54,972 nt of DNA from assembly GCA_015711725.1 (NCBI GenBank), contig JACVIX010000003.1:1-54972 (forward strand), given 5' to 3'. This stretch comes from Candidatus Geothermincola primus. Its GTDB lineage: Bacteria > Actinomycetota > Geothermincolia > Geothermincolales > Geothermincolaceae. Each line of letters opens with the position of its first letter. Within the stretch, counting starts at the first letter, position 1. The notes under the pieces were generated by a model. It searched no databases. It was not told where the DNA came from and worked only from the letters and a program-made list of their open reading frames with translations. The position numbers and the translations under genes are program-made. Below, piece after piece: positions 1-10,441 of the stretch.

Positions 1-519
1 GAGTTGGCTCAGTTGAGGAACTCGTGTCCCGGCGTTTATTATTCCTCTCCCCTCACGCCTGATGGCGATTCCTGGGAGGCGCGAAGGGTCTGCTCTCGCT
101 TCCAGCAGCTCAAGCAACTTCACGAAAGTGAATTCACCTTCGCCTACCACTCCCATCTCAAGTTCCAGGTATTCCAGGCATTCCATGGGAAAGATGGTGA
201 AGCCAGCGCCACCTAATACGATCGGCGCATTGGTGCACGATTTTATCGTCTTCACAATTTCCTTAACTTGTGGGAGGTAGAATTCAGTTCGGTGGGGGTC
301 CTGGTTGTCGATGTTGCGGATAGATAAACCTATACAGTGTGGATTGAAGTTTAAAATCGCCTCGGTTATATCCAAGGTGGGATCCTCACTGAACATGAGA
401 TCCATTCCCATGACCTCATGTCCCGCCTCTCTGCAGGCGGCGGACACACAGGCGATGCCCAGAGGATAAGGAACCAGGTTCTCCCTTATGCGATTCTCCG
501 ATATAAGTAAAACTTTCAT
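1..519 (-). CDS. B12-binding radical SAM protein, N-terminal part (runs off the window edge; not in the ORF track)
   Basis: Manual translation from ATG at 519: MKVLLISENRIRENLVPYPLGIACVSAACREAGHEV...IGLSIRNIDN...PIVLGGAGFTIFP...GVVGEGE, open to position 1. PLG, GLS, GG and GEGE are cobalamin-binding-domain motifs of class B radical SAM enzymes. The CxxxCxxC motif would lie outside the window. Confidence 0.85.
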   Translation of the reverse strand, partial: MKVLLISENRIRENLVPYPLGIACVSAACREAGHEVMGMDLMFSEDPTLDITEAILNFNPHCIGLSIRNIDNQDPHRTEFYLPQVKEIVKTIKSCTNAPIVLGGAGFTIFPMECLEYLELEMGVVGEGEFTFVKLLELLEARADPSRLPGIAIRREGRGIINAGTRVPQLSQL

Positions 520-573
520 AAATATCTCTTCGACACTCGCAAGCGATGCGATATAAAGGGAGTCCCTTCTTTT

Positions 574-2052
574 TCAGTATGTTCCTTTTGCCTTCTTGAT
601 CCACGTCTTTTTCTTTATCGTTCTGGAGAGCAGGAGCATAAGCATCAGCGGTTGGCCATATTTAAAGAGGGGAATCAGACCCTGTCCGAAGTCAGCCTTC
701 TTTACTAGGTCGACCATCACTCCCCGCTTGTCTTTTAGTATGGTCATGGCTGCCAGTTTGCCCGACACCACCGCTCCTTCCATGCCCGCTGAATGTCCCG
801 CCCGCGTAAAATCGCCCACCAGGTAGAGGTTGCTCAAGGGAGTTCTCTGCGGGGGACGGTAACGGTCCAGATTGGGTTTCTGGGCGAAGACTCCCTGTCT
901 TTCCCTCACGATCTTCCATTTGAGCACCTGGGCCTCTTTAGAGCCTGGCAGAATGCGGTGCAGGTCCCTTAAAACCTGAGCGTAAATGGCTTCGTCCGGA
1001 AGAGAAAGTAGATGTTTACATGGTGTAATAACCATCTCCAACACAGAGCCCTTATGGGGAAAGGCTTCGGGAACGATTTGGGTAAGATCGGCGAACCAGT
1101 TGAAAACGGTTCCTATGCCCGTGGAGATATTCCGGAGGCGCAGCACCTTACGGTCGAACCACAACTGCGCGGAGAGCGAGGGGGCTTCCTCGAAACGCCA
1201 CAGGTTTGCGAAGTATTGGTAGTCGAAAGCCCGGCTGGGCAGTAGCTTGCGGAGCGCCTGGAAGGGAAGGGCGGAGATATAGATGTCCCCTCGCATGTTT
1301 CTGCCCTGGTGAGGGGAGATATTTTTCACCTTGTCGTTCTCCACGTTGATGGATTTTACCCCTTTCCCCGTGATAATCTTCCCTCCTCTGGAAGTGACAT
1401 ACTTAACCGCTTTATTGACGTATATTTCCCCCAACCCACCCTTGGCGAATCCCACCTTGACCGCTTCCGCCGTGGTAGTGAGGTTGCGTATCCAGTAAGC
1501 CATGGTCCTGGCGGATACTTCGTGGGGTTCCAGAAAAGTCAATCCATTTACCATGGCTCTAAGCATATTGTCGATGAGTCTCTGGGAGACGCCATAGCGA
1601 TGCAGAAAGTCCTCCACAGTGATGGCGTCATATCCCCATAGCGATTTTTCGCTCATGGATAGGGCATGCATCGCTGCAGGTCCGAATCTTGCCAGGTCCC
1701 ACCAGCCAACATGGGAGAACTTGAAGAGACTTAGGCCGTGCAGCGGAGCGGGAAGTTCCCAGGCTCTGAAATGGGCCGCCTCCCCACCCTCCTTGAAGTA
1801 GGTAAGGGTATCGGTCCAACGGATGACGTCCCGAGCGCCGATATGGCTGAAAAAATCGAGTACGTTGATATAATGAGGAAAGAAGACGTGCAGGGCGTTG
1901 TCGATATTGTCCCCATCCTCATCCCTCCAGGAAGAGGCGCGTCCTCCCAGTATTTCCTCCGCCTCGATCAGGGTGACTTGAAAGCCATGGTCCACTAAGT
2001 AAACCGCCGCGGATAGTCCCGCCAGCCCTCCTCCCATGATCAATACTCTCAT
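574..2052 (-). CDS. FAD-dependent oxidoreductase, phytoene/zeta-carotene desaturase or HpnE-like (amine oxidase fold)
   Basis: GGGLAG dinucleotide-binding motif, LGGRASSWRDEDGD..DNALHVFF resembling the PDS/ZDS N-terminus, C-terminal LVGDFT...MEGAVVSG; RBS GGAGG. Confidence 0.8.
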   Translation of the reverse strand: MRVLIMGGGLAGLSAAVYLVDHGFQVTLIEAEEILGGRASSWRDEDGDNIDNALHVFFPHYINVLDFFSHIGARDVIRWTDTLTYFKEGGEAAHFRAWELPAPLHGLSLFKFSHVGWWDLARFGPAAMHALSMSEKSLWGYDAITVEDFLHRYGVSQRLIDNMLRAMVNGLTFLEPHEVSARTMAYWIRNLTTTAEAVKVGFAKGGLGEIYVNKAVKYVTSRGGKIITGKGVKSINVENDKVKNISPHQGRNMRGDIYISALPFQALRKLLPSRAFDYQYFANLWRFEEAPSLSAQLWFDRKVLRLRNISTGIGTVFNWFADLTQIVPEAFPHKGSVLEMVITPCKHLLSLPDEAIYAQVLRDLHRILPGSKEAQVLKWKIVRERQGVFAQKPNLDRYRPPQRTPLSNLYLVGDFTRAGHSAGMEGAVVSGKLAAMTILKDKRGVMVDLVKKADFGQGLIPLFKYGQPLMLMLLLSRTIKKKTWIKKAKGTY

Positions 2053-2626
2053 CTTCCCTCCTTAAAAGCCTTGGAGTTTACTTGATAGTTTAAATATCCG
2101 CATGATTATTTACAGAATCTAAATATATTTAGATAAGCTGTCTCTTGTGACCGCATCCCCAACGAGTAAGTTCGGCTACGATGCGGAGGGATTTCCACGT
2201 TTTTCTTTCAATTATGAAATCATTTCTCATGGTCAGGGGCTTATCTTCATTCATGGTAACGATCAACGCTGATCGCCTTTATCATCGCTATCGCTTCGCT
2301 ATTCTCAAGGTCATGCCTCGGTTATGGAAACATTATATCACTGTGGCGGATAGGCTGGTGGAGGCTAGTTGGCTGGTAATCATTGGGTTTGTAATGGGAT
2401 GTGTCTCGGCGATTTGGAATTTAATCAGGAGAAAGATGGTTGTTATCTGAGAAGTTCCGCGCGAAGGGGACAAAAGTGGGAATTCCGTTCCTTTTTATTT
2501 TTCGCGGGATCGATGTGGAATATCTCTCTGCCGCTTTAATATTGGATGCTGTTTACCCCATGATACCGCTAATCCCGGGAGAGAAATCAAGTTATCTCCT
2601 CACTGCTTTTAATATCACACAACCAA

Positions 2627-3760
2627 TTAGTTCCAGGGAAGAGGAATCCACTTGTTCTCCTTGTACCATTCGATGGTCTCTTTTAAACCCTGGATGGGAT
2701 CGGGATGGCGGTACTCGAATCCCAGCTCCTTCAAACGGGAGTTATCCATGAGGTGTTGGGAACTGAAGTAGTGAAAAGCGCTGGCGTCGATGCGAGGCCT
2801 GAAACCGGGTTGCAATTGCTGATCGGCGGCGAGCGCGTCCCATTTCTCGCCGATGATCTGATTTAATTTATTGAGGTAGCTATCAGGGATATGGGCGAGC
2901 AGGCCAAAGAATTTTCCTTGAGAAGGGCTCCACTTGAAGAAGCGGTGCGTTTTGCCATAGGAGGCGAAGAAGAGCTCCAGCAAATTCCGCCAGGTGGTGG
3001 GATAGTCGTCCCCGCAGTTGAAAGCCTGGCCCTCCACCCCTTGCTTGTCCAGGAGGAAGAGCGATGCCCTAGCCAAGTCCTGGGCGTGGACGATATGAAA
3101 GTAAAGACCCTCACCGGGCAGGGGAATCTTTTCAGCGTTGTATGAGCAGAGGACGATGGAAGCCCCCAGGATGAAAGCCATTCCGTAGCGCGAATAGGGT
3201 CCATAAACCGCGCCCGGGCGCAGGGAACAGGTGGGCAACCCATGTTTTTTCCAGTATCGCAGCACCAAAGTCTCACCTATCGCTTTGGTAATCTCGTAGC
3301 TGTTACGGGGAGCTAGGGGATATTCCTCCTTGAGAGGGATGGCGAAGGGTTTGCCGTAGACGGTGATAGAGGCTATATGGACTAGTTTTTCCACTCCGGC
3401 GGCTAGGGCGGCTCTGCATACATTCAGGGGAGCGCGCACGTTGGAGCGATACAGCGTCTCATAGGGAAGGCTTAAATCGAATAATCCGGCCACGTTGATG
3501 ACGTAGTTGCACCCCTCTATGGCCCCTCGAGCGAAGGGAAGATCGCATAAGTCGCCATACCTAATCTCCGCCCCTAACTCTTCCGCGTAGGAGAGGTCTT
3601 TCCCCAGCAGGTCACTGGCGACTATCCCGTAACCCGCCTCTGCTGCCTCCTCCACCACGTGGCGTCCGATGAACCCCCCCGCTCCATTTATAAAGACCCG
3701 TTTCTTTGGCCCTCCGCCGCTCTGGGAACGAATATGCGATTCTTCTTTATCCCTCTTCAA
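2627..3760 (-). CDS. NAD-dependent epimerase/dehydratase (extended SDR, HpnA/3-beta-HSD-like)
   Basis: GAGGFIG Rossmann motif, YEITK catalytic YxxxK, LRPGAVYGP. Confidence 0.85.
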   Translation of the reverse strand: MKRDKEESHIRSQSGGGPKKRVFINGAGGFIGRHVVEEAAEAGYGIVASDLLGKDLSYAEELGAEIRYGDLCDLPFARGAIEGCNYVINVAGLFDLSLPYETLYRSNVRAPLNVCRAALAAGVEKLVHIASITVYGKPFAIPLKEEYPLAPRNSYEITKAIGETLVLRYWKKHGLPTCSLRPGAVYGPYSRYGMAFILGASIVLCSYNAEKIPLPGEGLYFHIVHAQDLARASLFLLDKQGVEGQAFNCGDDYPTTWRNLLELFFASYGKTHRFFKWSPSQGKFFGLLAHIPDSYLNKLNQIIGEKWDALAADQQLQPGFRPRIDASAFHYFSSQHLMDNSRLKELGFEYRHPDPIQGLKETIEWYKENKWIPLPWN

Positions 3761-4400
3761 AGCCGATCACTCCCTTAAGCACCTCTCTCCACTTTTTATT
3801 AAGATTAACATCAACCGGCGAACAGCGCTAGAAGTTTGCGAAGTGCTTTCCGCGCCGATTTAAGGTCAATACCGTTCCGCAGCCAGTGGCGATTTATGCC
3901 ACGTTTCGATGTTTTATAAGATATCATGTTAATCTTGCATGGGGATGGGAGAAGGAATGATTGCTTAGAGAACGGTGGGCCTCTCATGTGCGTGGATATG
4001 GAGTTTAGGATAAGTTGAATCCAACAATCGCTGGAATCTGCACGATGGCGAAGGGCCAAGTCACCGCATCCATTGCTTGCATAGATAATCATGCTGATCG
4101 CTTTGAGCAACGTTTGGATACTGGCGATATTCCGATGGAACGCACGCGGGAAGAGCAAATTCGCTTTTAAATATCACAGAGTATTAATGACAATATGTCA
4201 TTATCATTCTATAACCTAGAAAAAGTTGGACGTTGCGATAAACGAGATATGTAATCGAGAGGACACGGGAGTTATAACTTAAAATATGATCTCGACAAAG
4301 TTGGAAGGACTAGAGCTGTCATGTTTGATCAAGGGGAAGTGCCTTCGAAGACCTACTTATCAAACCGCGTCTCAGTGACCCTTTCTTGTCCTAGGTGAGG

Positions 4401-4892
4401 TCAGGTGGCGCATTCCTCCTCGCTTCCCCGCAGCTTGGAGAGACCATGGGGAAGGGCGGGGAGAATTACCTCCAGGTTCTCCCTGGCTCCTCGGGGGCTT
4501 CCGGGAAGGTTCACGATCAAGGTGGAACCTCGAATACCGCTGATCGCCCGAGAAAGCATGGCGTGAGGAGTCTTCTGAAGAGAGCGCGCCCGCATGGCTT
4601 CCGCGAACCCAGGCGCTTCCCTCTCGATAAGCTTTAAGGTGACGTCGGGGGTTATATCCCGAGGGGAGAGCCCCGTCCCACCGGTAGTGAGGACCAAATC
4701 TACTTTAAGGATATCGCAGTATTCCCTCAGTTTTTGATAGATCTCATCCGCCTCATCCGCTACCAAGTCTCTTTTTACCACCTCCCACCCTTGGGAGAGG
4801 ATAAGTTTCTCCAACTCTAAACCGGATAAATCTTCCCGCTCCCCCCGTGCGCCCTTGTCGCTTACGGTGAGAATGGCGACGCGGAAATTCAA
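4401..4892 (-). CDS. mog: Molybdopterin adenylyltransferase MogA/MoaB
   Basis: LTVSD, DLSG, TTGGTG, RDITP, SRA and NLPGSP motifs. Start re-set to TTG at 4892, overlapping the MOSC stop, rather than 5018 in the ORF track. Confidence 0.9.
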   Translation of the reverse strand: MNFRVAILTVSDKGARGEREDLSGLELEKLILSQGWEVVKRDLVADEADEIYQKLREYCDILKVDLVLTTGGTGLSPRDITPDVTLKLIEREAPGFAEAMRARSLQKTPHAMLSRAISGIRGSTLIVNLPGSPRGARENLEVILPALPHGLSKLRGSEEECAT

Positions 4893-5347
4893 TCCTCCAT
4901 CACCTCGATGAGGTCCCCTCTCCTCAAGTGGCCTCCCCTGATCACGCGAGCGAAGATACCCTCCCGGGGCATGATGCAATCGCCCGCCTGGTAGTAGATG
5001 GCGCAGCGCTCCACGCACTCCTTACCTATCTGGCTTACCTCCAATATTATCTCTTCTCCTACGCGCAAGCGATCCCCTACTTTGAGGGAGAGTAGGTCTA
5101 TACCGGAGGTGGTAAGGTTTTCCCCAAATGCTCCGGGGCGTAGATTTTTCAGCCCCAGAGCCTTCATCTTCTCCACGCTTTCCTCCGCCAGCAAGCTCAC
5201 TTGTCTATGGGCGTAGCCGGCATGAGCGTCCCCTTCCAGCCCGTACTCCTCGATGAGAAGAGCTTTTCCCACGTCGTCTTTCTGCACGTGCTTCTCTGAG
5301 CTTATGCACACCGCCTTGATCACGCCCTTCTTACCCACTAACGTCAT
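4889..5347 (-). CDS. MOSC domain-containing protein
   Basis: GLEGDAHAG..HRQVSLL, GAFGENLTT, EVSQIGKEC...C, CIMPREGIFARV; lies inside the moa operon. Confidence 0.9.
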   Translation of the reverse strand: MTLVGKKGVIKAVCISSEKHVQKDDVGKALLIEEYGLEGDAHAGYAHRQVSLLAEESVEKMKALGLKNLRPGAFGENLTTSGIDLLSLKVGDRLRVGEEIILEVSQIGKECVERCAIYYQAGDCIMPREGIFARVIRGGHLRRGDLIEVMED

Positions 5348-5368
5348 GTCATATCCCCGCCTCGTTTC

Positions 5369-5893
5369 TTACTGTTTATCTTGTTCTTTAAGATAAGTTC
5401 CGGATCTGCCTCCGCTCTTTTTCAGGAGCTGGATATCGGTGATGGTCATTCCCCGGTCCACCGCCTTGCACATATCGTAGATGACCAGGGCTGCGGTGGA
5501 GACAGCCACCAAGGCTTCCATCTCCACCCCCGTTCGCCCTCGGGTTTTCACCGTGGATTGGATGTCGATGCAGGATCTTTCCTTGTCGGTTTCGAACTCC
5601 AGATCCACCGAATTAATCTGCAATGTATGGCAGAGGGGGATGATCTCGTCGGTTCTTTTTGCCGCCATAATTCCAGCCACCTGCGCGATGGCCAAGACGT
5701 CTCCTTTCTTGATTCTCAAGTCCTCGATCATCTCCAAAGTCTGTGGCTGCATATAAATGCTTGCTCTTGCCACCGCCTCTCTTTCGGTAACTCTCTTACT
5801 GGAGATATCCACCATCTTAGCCCGGCCTTTGTCGTCCACGTGGGTGAGGGAAATTTCGCTTTCTGCGACTTTGCTCTTTTTCCTGACGGCCAT
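5369..5893 (-). CDS. moaC: Cyclic pyranopterin monophosphate synthase MoaC
   Basis: MVDIS.K, KGDVL, IPLCH, TGVEMEAL, IYDMCKA and KSGG motifs. Confidence 0.97.
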   Translation of the reverse strand: MAVRKKSKVAESEISLTHVDDKGRAKMVDISSKRVTEREAVARASIYMQPQTLEMIEDLRIKKGDVLAIAQVAGIMAAKRTDEIIPLCHTLQINSVDLEFETDKERSCIDIQSTVKTRGRTGVEMEALVAVSTAALVIYDMCKAVDRGMTITDIQLLKKSGGRSGTYLKEQDKQ

Positions 5894-5894
5894 T

Positions 5895-6914
5895 TCAACC
5901 TCCGATACGAGACATGCGGTGGGGTAGGATGGATTGGCTTTCGCGGTATCCTCTAGGTTTCGTCCCCAAGCAATATTTCACAGCATGTAATATATCTTCA
6001 TCACTGGCACCTTGTCGAAGTAGCTCTTTTAAATCCGTTTCCACGGAGGAGAGCAGGCAGGGTTTCATCTTCCCCTCGGCGGTCAACCTCAAACGGTTGC
6101 AGGAGGGACAGAAGTGGGCGGATATGGGGGAGATCAGCCCGATTTTACCGGGAGCTCCTGCCATCTCCAGATAGCGAGCGGGTCCCGCTCCCACGGGTGC
6201 GGCGCTCTCCCTAAATCTTCCCAGTCGGCTGAGAGATTTTCTTACCACCTCAATGGGGACGAAGCTGGATTCATCCAGTGCCCCCCGGGAGCTCATATAT
6301 TCTATGAATCGCACGTGTACGGGGTAGCGGTGAATCAACTCCACGAAAGGCTTTATCTGTTTCAAGGTATGGTTTACTCCTTTGAGCAGAACTACGTTTA
6401 TCTTGACGGGATGTAATCCCACGTCCAAGGCGACCTTCATCCCTTCCAGCGGTTTAGCCAGATCTCCCCCCCTGGTGAGAGCGCGATAGGTCTCTTCAAT
6501 CAATGAATCGATGCTAATATTGACCCTGTGCAGCCCCGCTCGTTTCAGCTCGCTCGCATAGTCGGCGAGAAGCACCCCATTGGTAGTGAGAGAGAGATCT
6601 AGCTCATGGTTGCTCTGAGCTATCTGGGATACCAGGCTGGGGAAATCTTTTCTCACCAGGGGTTCCCCCCCGGTGAATCTAACCTTTCTTATTCCCGCCG
6701 CCGCGGTGATTTTCACCACTCTGACGATCTCCTCGTAAGTGAGGATATCATCGTGCCGGAGATGGGGAACCCCTTGGGGTGGCATGCAGTAAGTGCAGCG
6801 CAGATTACAACGGTCGGTTACTGAAAGTCTCAGATAATCGATCCGCCGGGCGTAATTGTCCTTTAACACACTTTGGTTGTCCACCGACTCCTCACTGACA
6901 TGTTGTCCATACAC
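5895..6914 (-). CDS. moaA: GTP 3',8-cyclase MoaA
   Basis: YLRLSVTDRCNLRCTYC radical SAM motif, TGGEP, C-terminal FC..CNRLR...KPCL cluster, terminal IGG. Start uncertain (6920 TTG, 6914 GTG or slightly later). Confidence 0.97.
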   Translation of the reverse strand: MYGQHVSEESVDNQSVLKDNYARRIDYLRLSVTDRCNLRCTYCMPPQGVPHLRHDDILTYEEIVRVVKITAAAGIRKVRFTGGEPLVRKDFPSLVSQIAQSNHELDLSLTTNGVLLADYASELKRAGLHRVNISIDSLIEETYRALTRGGDLAKPLEGMKVALDVGLHPVKINVVLLKGVNHTLKQIKPFVELIHRYPVHVRFIEYMSSRGALDESSFVPIEVVRKSLSRLGRFRESAAPVGAGPARYLEMAGAPGKIGLISPISAHFCPSCNRLRLTAEGKMKPCLLSSVETDLKELLRQGASDEDILHAVKYCLGTKPRGYRESQSILPHRMSRIGG

Positions 6915-6920
6915 TCGCAA

Positions 6921-6929
6921 ATTATATCA
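6921..6929 (-). promoter_or_regulatory. Extended -10 promoter element (TGaTATAAT) for the moa operon
   Basis: Minus strand reads TGATATAAT, 6 nt before the in-frame GTG at 6914. Confidence 0.55.
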
Positions 6930-7031
6930 CAGCCTCGACTGGCTTTTCATGGAGGTCGAGCATGATGAGCGCATGGGGAGGCTCGATTAAGAAACGGTTC
7001 CCGACATGGGTTGATGAGGGAATGCGTCGCC

Positions 7032-9317
7032 CTAAGGCCCGGGTGCATCCAGCCAGATAGGACTGGACCATGCTTGGTGCCCGTCTTCCTGGGAGACTCT
7101 CAGGTAATAGAAAGTACTGTCCACAATGTCGCGATCCACCAGACGATATTCTGTATCCCAGCTATCTCCCGGAAAATCCTCCTCTGGCTTGATTGTTCTA
7201 GCCATATAACCCCTGAGGTCGTATTTCACCAGCTCTATCTCTTTTATGGGGGCTGTGCCCGCCACCCTGATATAAACTTCCGGTTCTGTGGTTAAGGCCC
7301 CTTCCTCTCCCATGAACAAGTCATTTATCCGGAACCGAAGGAAGATGCGAGCCCCGGTGGTGGCATAAGTTCGCCTAGCGTATAGGGCTTCCCAGATGGA
7401 AGTGGGGGTGAGCGCTTCCGCCCATACACCCACCAGCCCGTGGGGATAGACTCTTATGGGATATTTCCTCTCATCCACCGCTTGGTCGTGACGGTCCCCG
7501 CCTCCGGTGAAGCCGAAGCGGTATCCTAGGGCGAGAGCCTCCTGAACATAGGATCCCCATCCAGGCGCTCCTCGGTCGTCCCGAAGGCAGGAAGGCCAGA
7601 AGACCCCTCCCTTGCCATGGGTAATGGGATAGGGCCCGTGAAAACGCTCGGAGCTTCCATGGGAAGAGTAGACCTCCACCAGTCGAAGTCGCTCCCCTCC
7701 AACTCCCCAGTGGAAGCTTTGGGGAATCTTAATTCTCAAGAACTTTCCCCAGTTGAAGGGTAGATAGAACACCTTTCTCCACGCGCTGTGGTGGGGCACC
7801 ACCATATAGTTTCTTTCCCCCAGCTGATGGATGAGTTTTTCCGGGGTATCGCTTTTGGCGTCGAGATATTCGGGAAAGATAGGGTCCTTCTCCGTGGGCG
7901 CGAAATAAATATTACGGTGCCCCGCCCCATGGTGAGACCACTCATAGCCCAACAGAGCCACGAATTCACCTTGACGGGTAAACTCCTCTGCCAGTTGGTG
8001 GTGCAGCTCTATCTCCTCCTGGGTTCGCCCCGTGGGTTCAAACTTTCCCAGTGTGTCATGGGTGGTGAGGGAGGCGAAGTCTAGACCCTCCTCATCGCGA
8101 GCGCGTTCGTAGACGTATCTGGGACTTGCAGTCCCGTCGCAAAGGGCCGAATGTATATGAATGTCCCCCCAAAAGAGGCGTTTTTCGTCCTGTTGGGCAA
8201 CTATGAAGGGATTGCTTCTCCCCGTAAAAGGTTTTGATGGATGGCGGCTCCTCGCTTGGAGGTAAACGATGGAAGAGCCGCTAGGGCTTACCTCCTCTCT
8301 ATTTACTGAGAAGAATTTGTGTCCTCCGTCCTCTAGCCTCAGTTCTATCTCCGCTATCTGGCTTTCACCCTTGGTCGGAAGCACCTCTAGTTTTCCGCAG
8401 AAGGCGCTGTCGGTCTCCCCATGAGGGTCTACCGCCCGTAGATGGATTTTCACCTTTGGCTCGGATTCAAGCGGCGGGAATACGTTAAGTTCCAGGGATT
8501 GCGCCTCTCCTCCGGTGACCTTTATGGTGGGAATCTCATTGATCATACGATATCTTCCCAATGCGCGCTCGTCCACCTCCAACATCATCTCGGTGAGAAT
8601 GGGATGGGCGGGAATGGTCCAGCCTTTACCCCCTTGGCGCCTATCCCCCAAGGTGAATATAATTTCCTCCCCTTCATCCAGCCTGCCGCCTCTAACCCTC
8701 ACTTTTATCTTGCTCTCCTCCAGCATGAGATTGGTGAGGTCCAGCAGGGGAAGGCGGGTACCCCGCCATCTTAGGAAATGGTAGCCAGCTAGGCGCAGAA
8801 AGAAACGGAGGGGAAGGGCGGGCTTTCTCTCCACCTCCAGCCGCAATGGGTTCCGCGATTTGGCTTCGCAGGCGAAATAGTTGGCCCGTTTTGGTTTGGT
8901 GTTCTGCAACGTTCCCCATCCGTGGGCGAGAACATAGTGAGCCCTTCTCTTGCCGCCGGGGAATTCTATAACGCGGCAGGGAGCCAGCTTTACGCCCCCA
9001 CCCTCGGAGATGCCTCCCTTGCCGGCTATGAAACGCAGGATTACCGTCTGCGGCTTTCCTCCCGCGATGACTTGTCCCGGCATGATCTCGGCCCTCCCCG
9101 GGGCCTGCTCGACGGTTGGTTCCGGCTTTTTTCCCGCGCGCATGGATTCCGGGAAAGCCAGAAAATCAAAGATACCATATATGATCCCTCCCGCCAAAAC
9201 CCCCAGAATGGAGAGAAAGGCGTAGATAGAGGTTTTCCAGATCCGGCGGACGGCCCTGGCTATCTTCCAAAGGTGCTTACCGTAAGCCTTCTTGCGCGGG
9301 AACATTATCTCCTTCAC
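7032..9317 (-). CDS. PHP-fold metallohydrolase (DUF3604 / CehA-McbA-like) with N-terminal membrane anchor
   Basis: WGDIHIHS..CDG, GLDFASLTTHD, GYEWS, GHRNIYF, PHH, GGGDRH, RRTYATTG, YYLRV.QEDG..AWSSPIW; hydrophobic segment near the N-terminus. Confidence 0.75.
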   Translation of the reverse strand: MKEIMFPRKKAYGKHLWKIARAVRRIWKTSIYAFLSILGVLAGGIIYGIFDFLAFPESMRAGKKPEPTVEQAPGRAEIMPGQVIAGGKPQTVILRFIAGKGGISEGGGVKLAPCRVIEFPGGKRRAHYVLAHGWGTLQNTKPKRANYFACEAKSRNPLRLEVERKPALPLRFFLRLAGYHFLRWRGTRLPLLDLTNLMLEESKIKVRVRGGRLDEGEEIIFTLGDRRQGGKGWTIPAHPILTEMMLEVDERALGRYRMINEIPTIKVTGGEAQSLELNVFPPLESEPKVKIHLRAVDPHGETDSAFCGKLEVLPTKGESQIAEIELRLEDGGHKFFSVNREEVSPSGSSIVYLQARSRHPSKPFTGRSNPFIVAQQDEKRLFWGDIHIHSALCDGTASPRYVYERARDEEGLDFASLTTHDTLGKFEPTGRTQEEIELHHQLAEEFTRQGEFVALLGYEWSHHGAGHRNIYFAPTEKDPIFPEYLDAKSDTPEKLIHQLGERNYMVVPHHSAWRKVFYLPFNWGKFLRIKIPQSFHWGVGGERLRLVEVYSSHGSSERFHGPYPITHGKGGVFWPSCLRDDRGAPGWGSYVQEALALGYRFGFTGGGDRHDQAVDERKYPIRVYPHGLVGVWAEALTPTSIWEALYARRTYATTGARIFLRFRINDLFMGEEGALTTEPEVYIRVAGTAPIKEIELVKYDLRGYMARTIKPEEDFPGDSWDTEYRLVDRDIVDSTFYYLRVSQEDGHQAWSSPIWLDAPGP

Positions 9318-9607
9318 TCCTTTTCCATAAGCGAAACCAAACGTTCAGAAGTGAGTATATAGAAAAAACAACCGTAGAGGAAGTGCGAGAGGAATAGGTC
9401 AGGTAAGAAAGTGGTGAGGATGGGACTCACTCGCCAGTATCTCCATCGACCTAGAAAAACAGGTGGAAATTGAAAGGGCAATTTGCGGATAAGGCGCGAG
9501 AATAGAGCTTGGGAGTGAAGATATTGGAATAGGGAATAAGTGCGTAAGCCCCCGAAGGTGATGCTCCCGGTCTCTTTTTAGCTATCTATGGAAAGGTCTT
9601 GATAGGA

Positions 9608-10441
9608 CTAACCCTTTTTTTTGGAAACGGTTCCTCCTCTTTTCTCCCGGATGACCCTCAAAGCCAGGGCTATTAGGAAGCAGCAGAATAAAGAGAGCAC
9701 GATGGTTGATCCGGAGGGGATATCCAAGAGATATGAGAGATAGAGTCCCACGAAGTTGGAGATCATTCCCACTCCCAGAGCGACAGCTATCATCCAGCGG
9801 AAATTGCCGGTGATTTGGTGTGCGGTGACAGCAGGAATAATCAGCAAGGCGGATACCAAAATCACACCCACCACCTTGATGGCTATCACCACATTCACGG
9901 CGATAAGCGCTAGCAGCACGAAGTGGAAGAAGGTCACCGCTATTCCGCTGACCCGCGCCATCTCCTCGTCGAAGGTGAAGTAGAACAGCTCCTTGAAGAA
10001 AAGGAAGACGCACCCCAGGACCACAAATCCAGTAACTGCTATCATAAGGATATCTCCCCAACTTACCGCGAGTATGTTCCCGAAGAGGTATCCCATGACG
10101 TCGGGAGTGTAGGTCTTCTTCAGGGAGATAAAAAGCACCCCCAATGCCATGCCGGTAACTAAAAATATGCCGATGGCGCTGTCCTCGGAGACGCGGCCCC
10201 GCTGACTGACCAACCCGATGGCTAATGCGGCGAGCAGAGAGAAAGCCAAGGTGGTGATATTGACGTTCCACCCCAGGAGCAGAGCCAGAGCCACGCCGCC
10301 GAAAGCCACGTGTGAGATGCCATGACCGATGAAAGACATATTTTTTAACACTATGTAATTTGACAGTATGGAACAACTCGCTCCCACCAGAATACCTGCC
10401 AGAAGGGCCCTCTGCATAAAACCTGAATGGAAGGGGTTCAT
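9608..10441 (-). CDS. znuB: Zn/Mn ABC transporter permease
   Basis: Multi-pass hydrophobic protein with MSFIGHGISHVAFGG, YLFGNIL and VGVILVSALLIIPA (ABC-3 family). Confidence 0.9.
   Translation of the reverse strand: MNPFHSGFMQRALLAGILVGASCSILSNYIVLKNMSFIGHGISHVAFGGVALALLLGWNVNITTLAFSLLAALAIGLVSQRGRVSEDSAIGIFLVTGMALGVLFISLKKTYTPDVMGYLFGNILAVSWGDILMIAVTGFVVLGCVFLFFKELFYFTFDEEMARVSGIAVTFFHFVLLALIAVNVVIAIKVVGVILVSALLIIPAVTAHQITGNFRWMIAVALGVGMISNFVGLYLSYLLDIPSGSTIVLSLFCCFLIALALRVIREKRGGTVSKKKG

Noticed and set aside
2181-2450. 89-aa plus-strand ORF, and similar short intergenic ORFs (3811-4158, 22536-23066, 45395-45742, 47823-48269)
   Set aside because: No RBS or recognisable motif and atypical composition; probably spurious.
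4893-5018. N-terminal extension of MogA in the ORF track
   Set aside because: It overlaps the MOSC gene in another frame; homology begins at the TTG at 4892.
6930-7030. Moco/Wco riboswitch upstream of moaA
   Set aside because: Only a GCCTCC fragment and a weak inverted repeat match, and the region lies upstream of the apparent -10 element. An Rfam scan would settle it.
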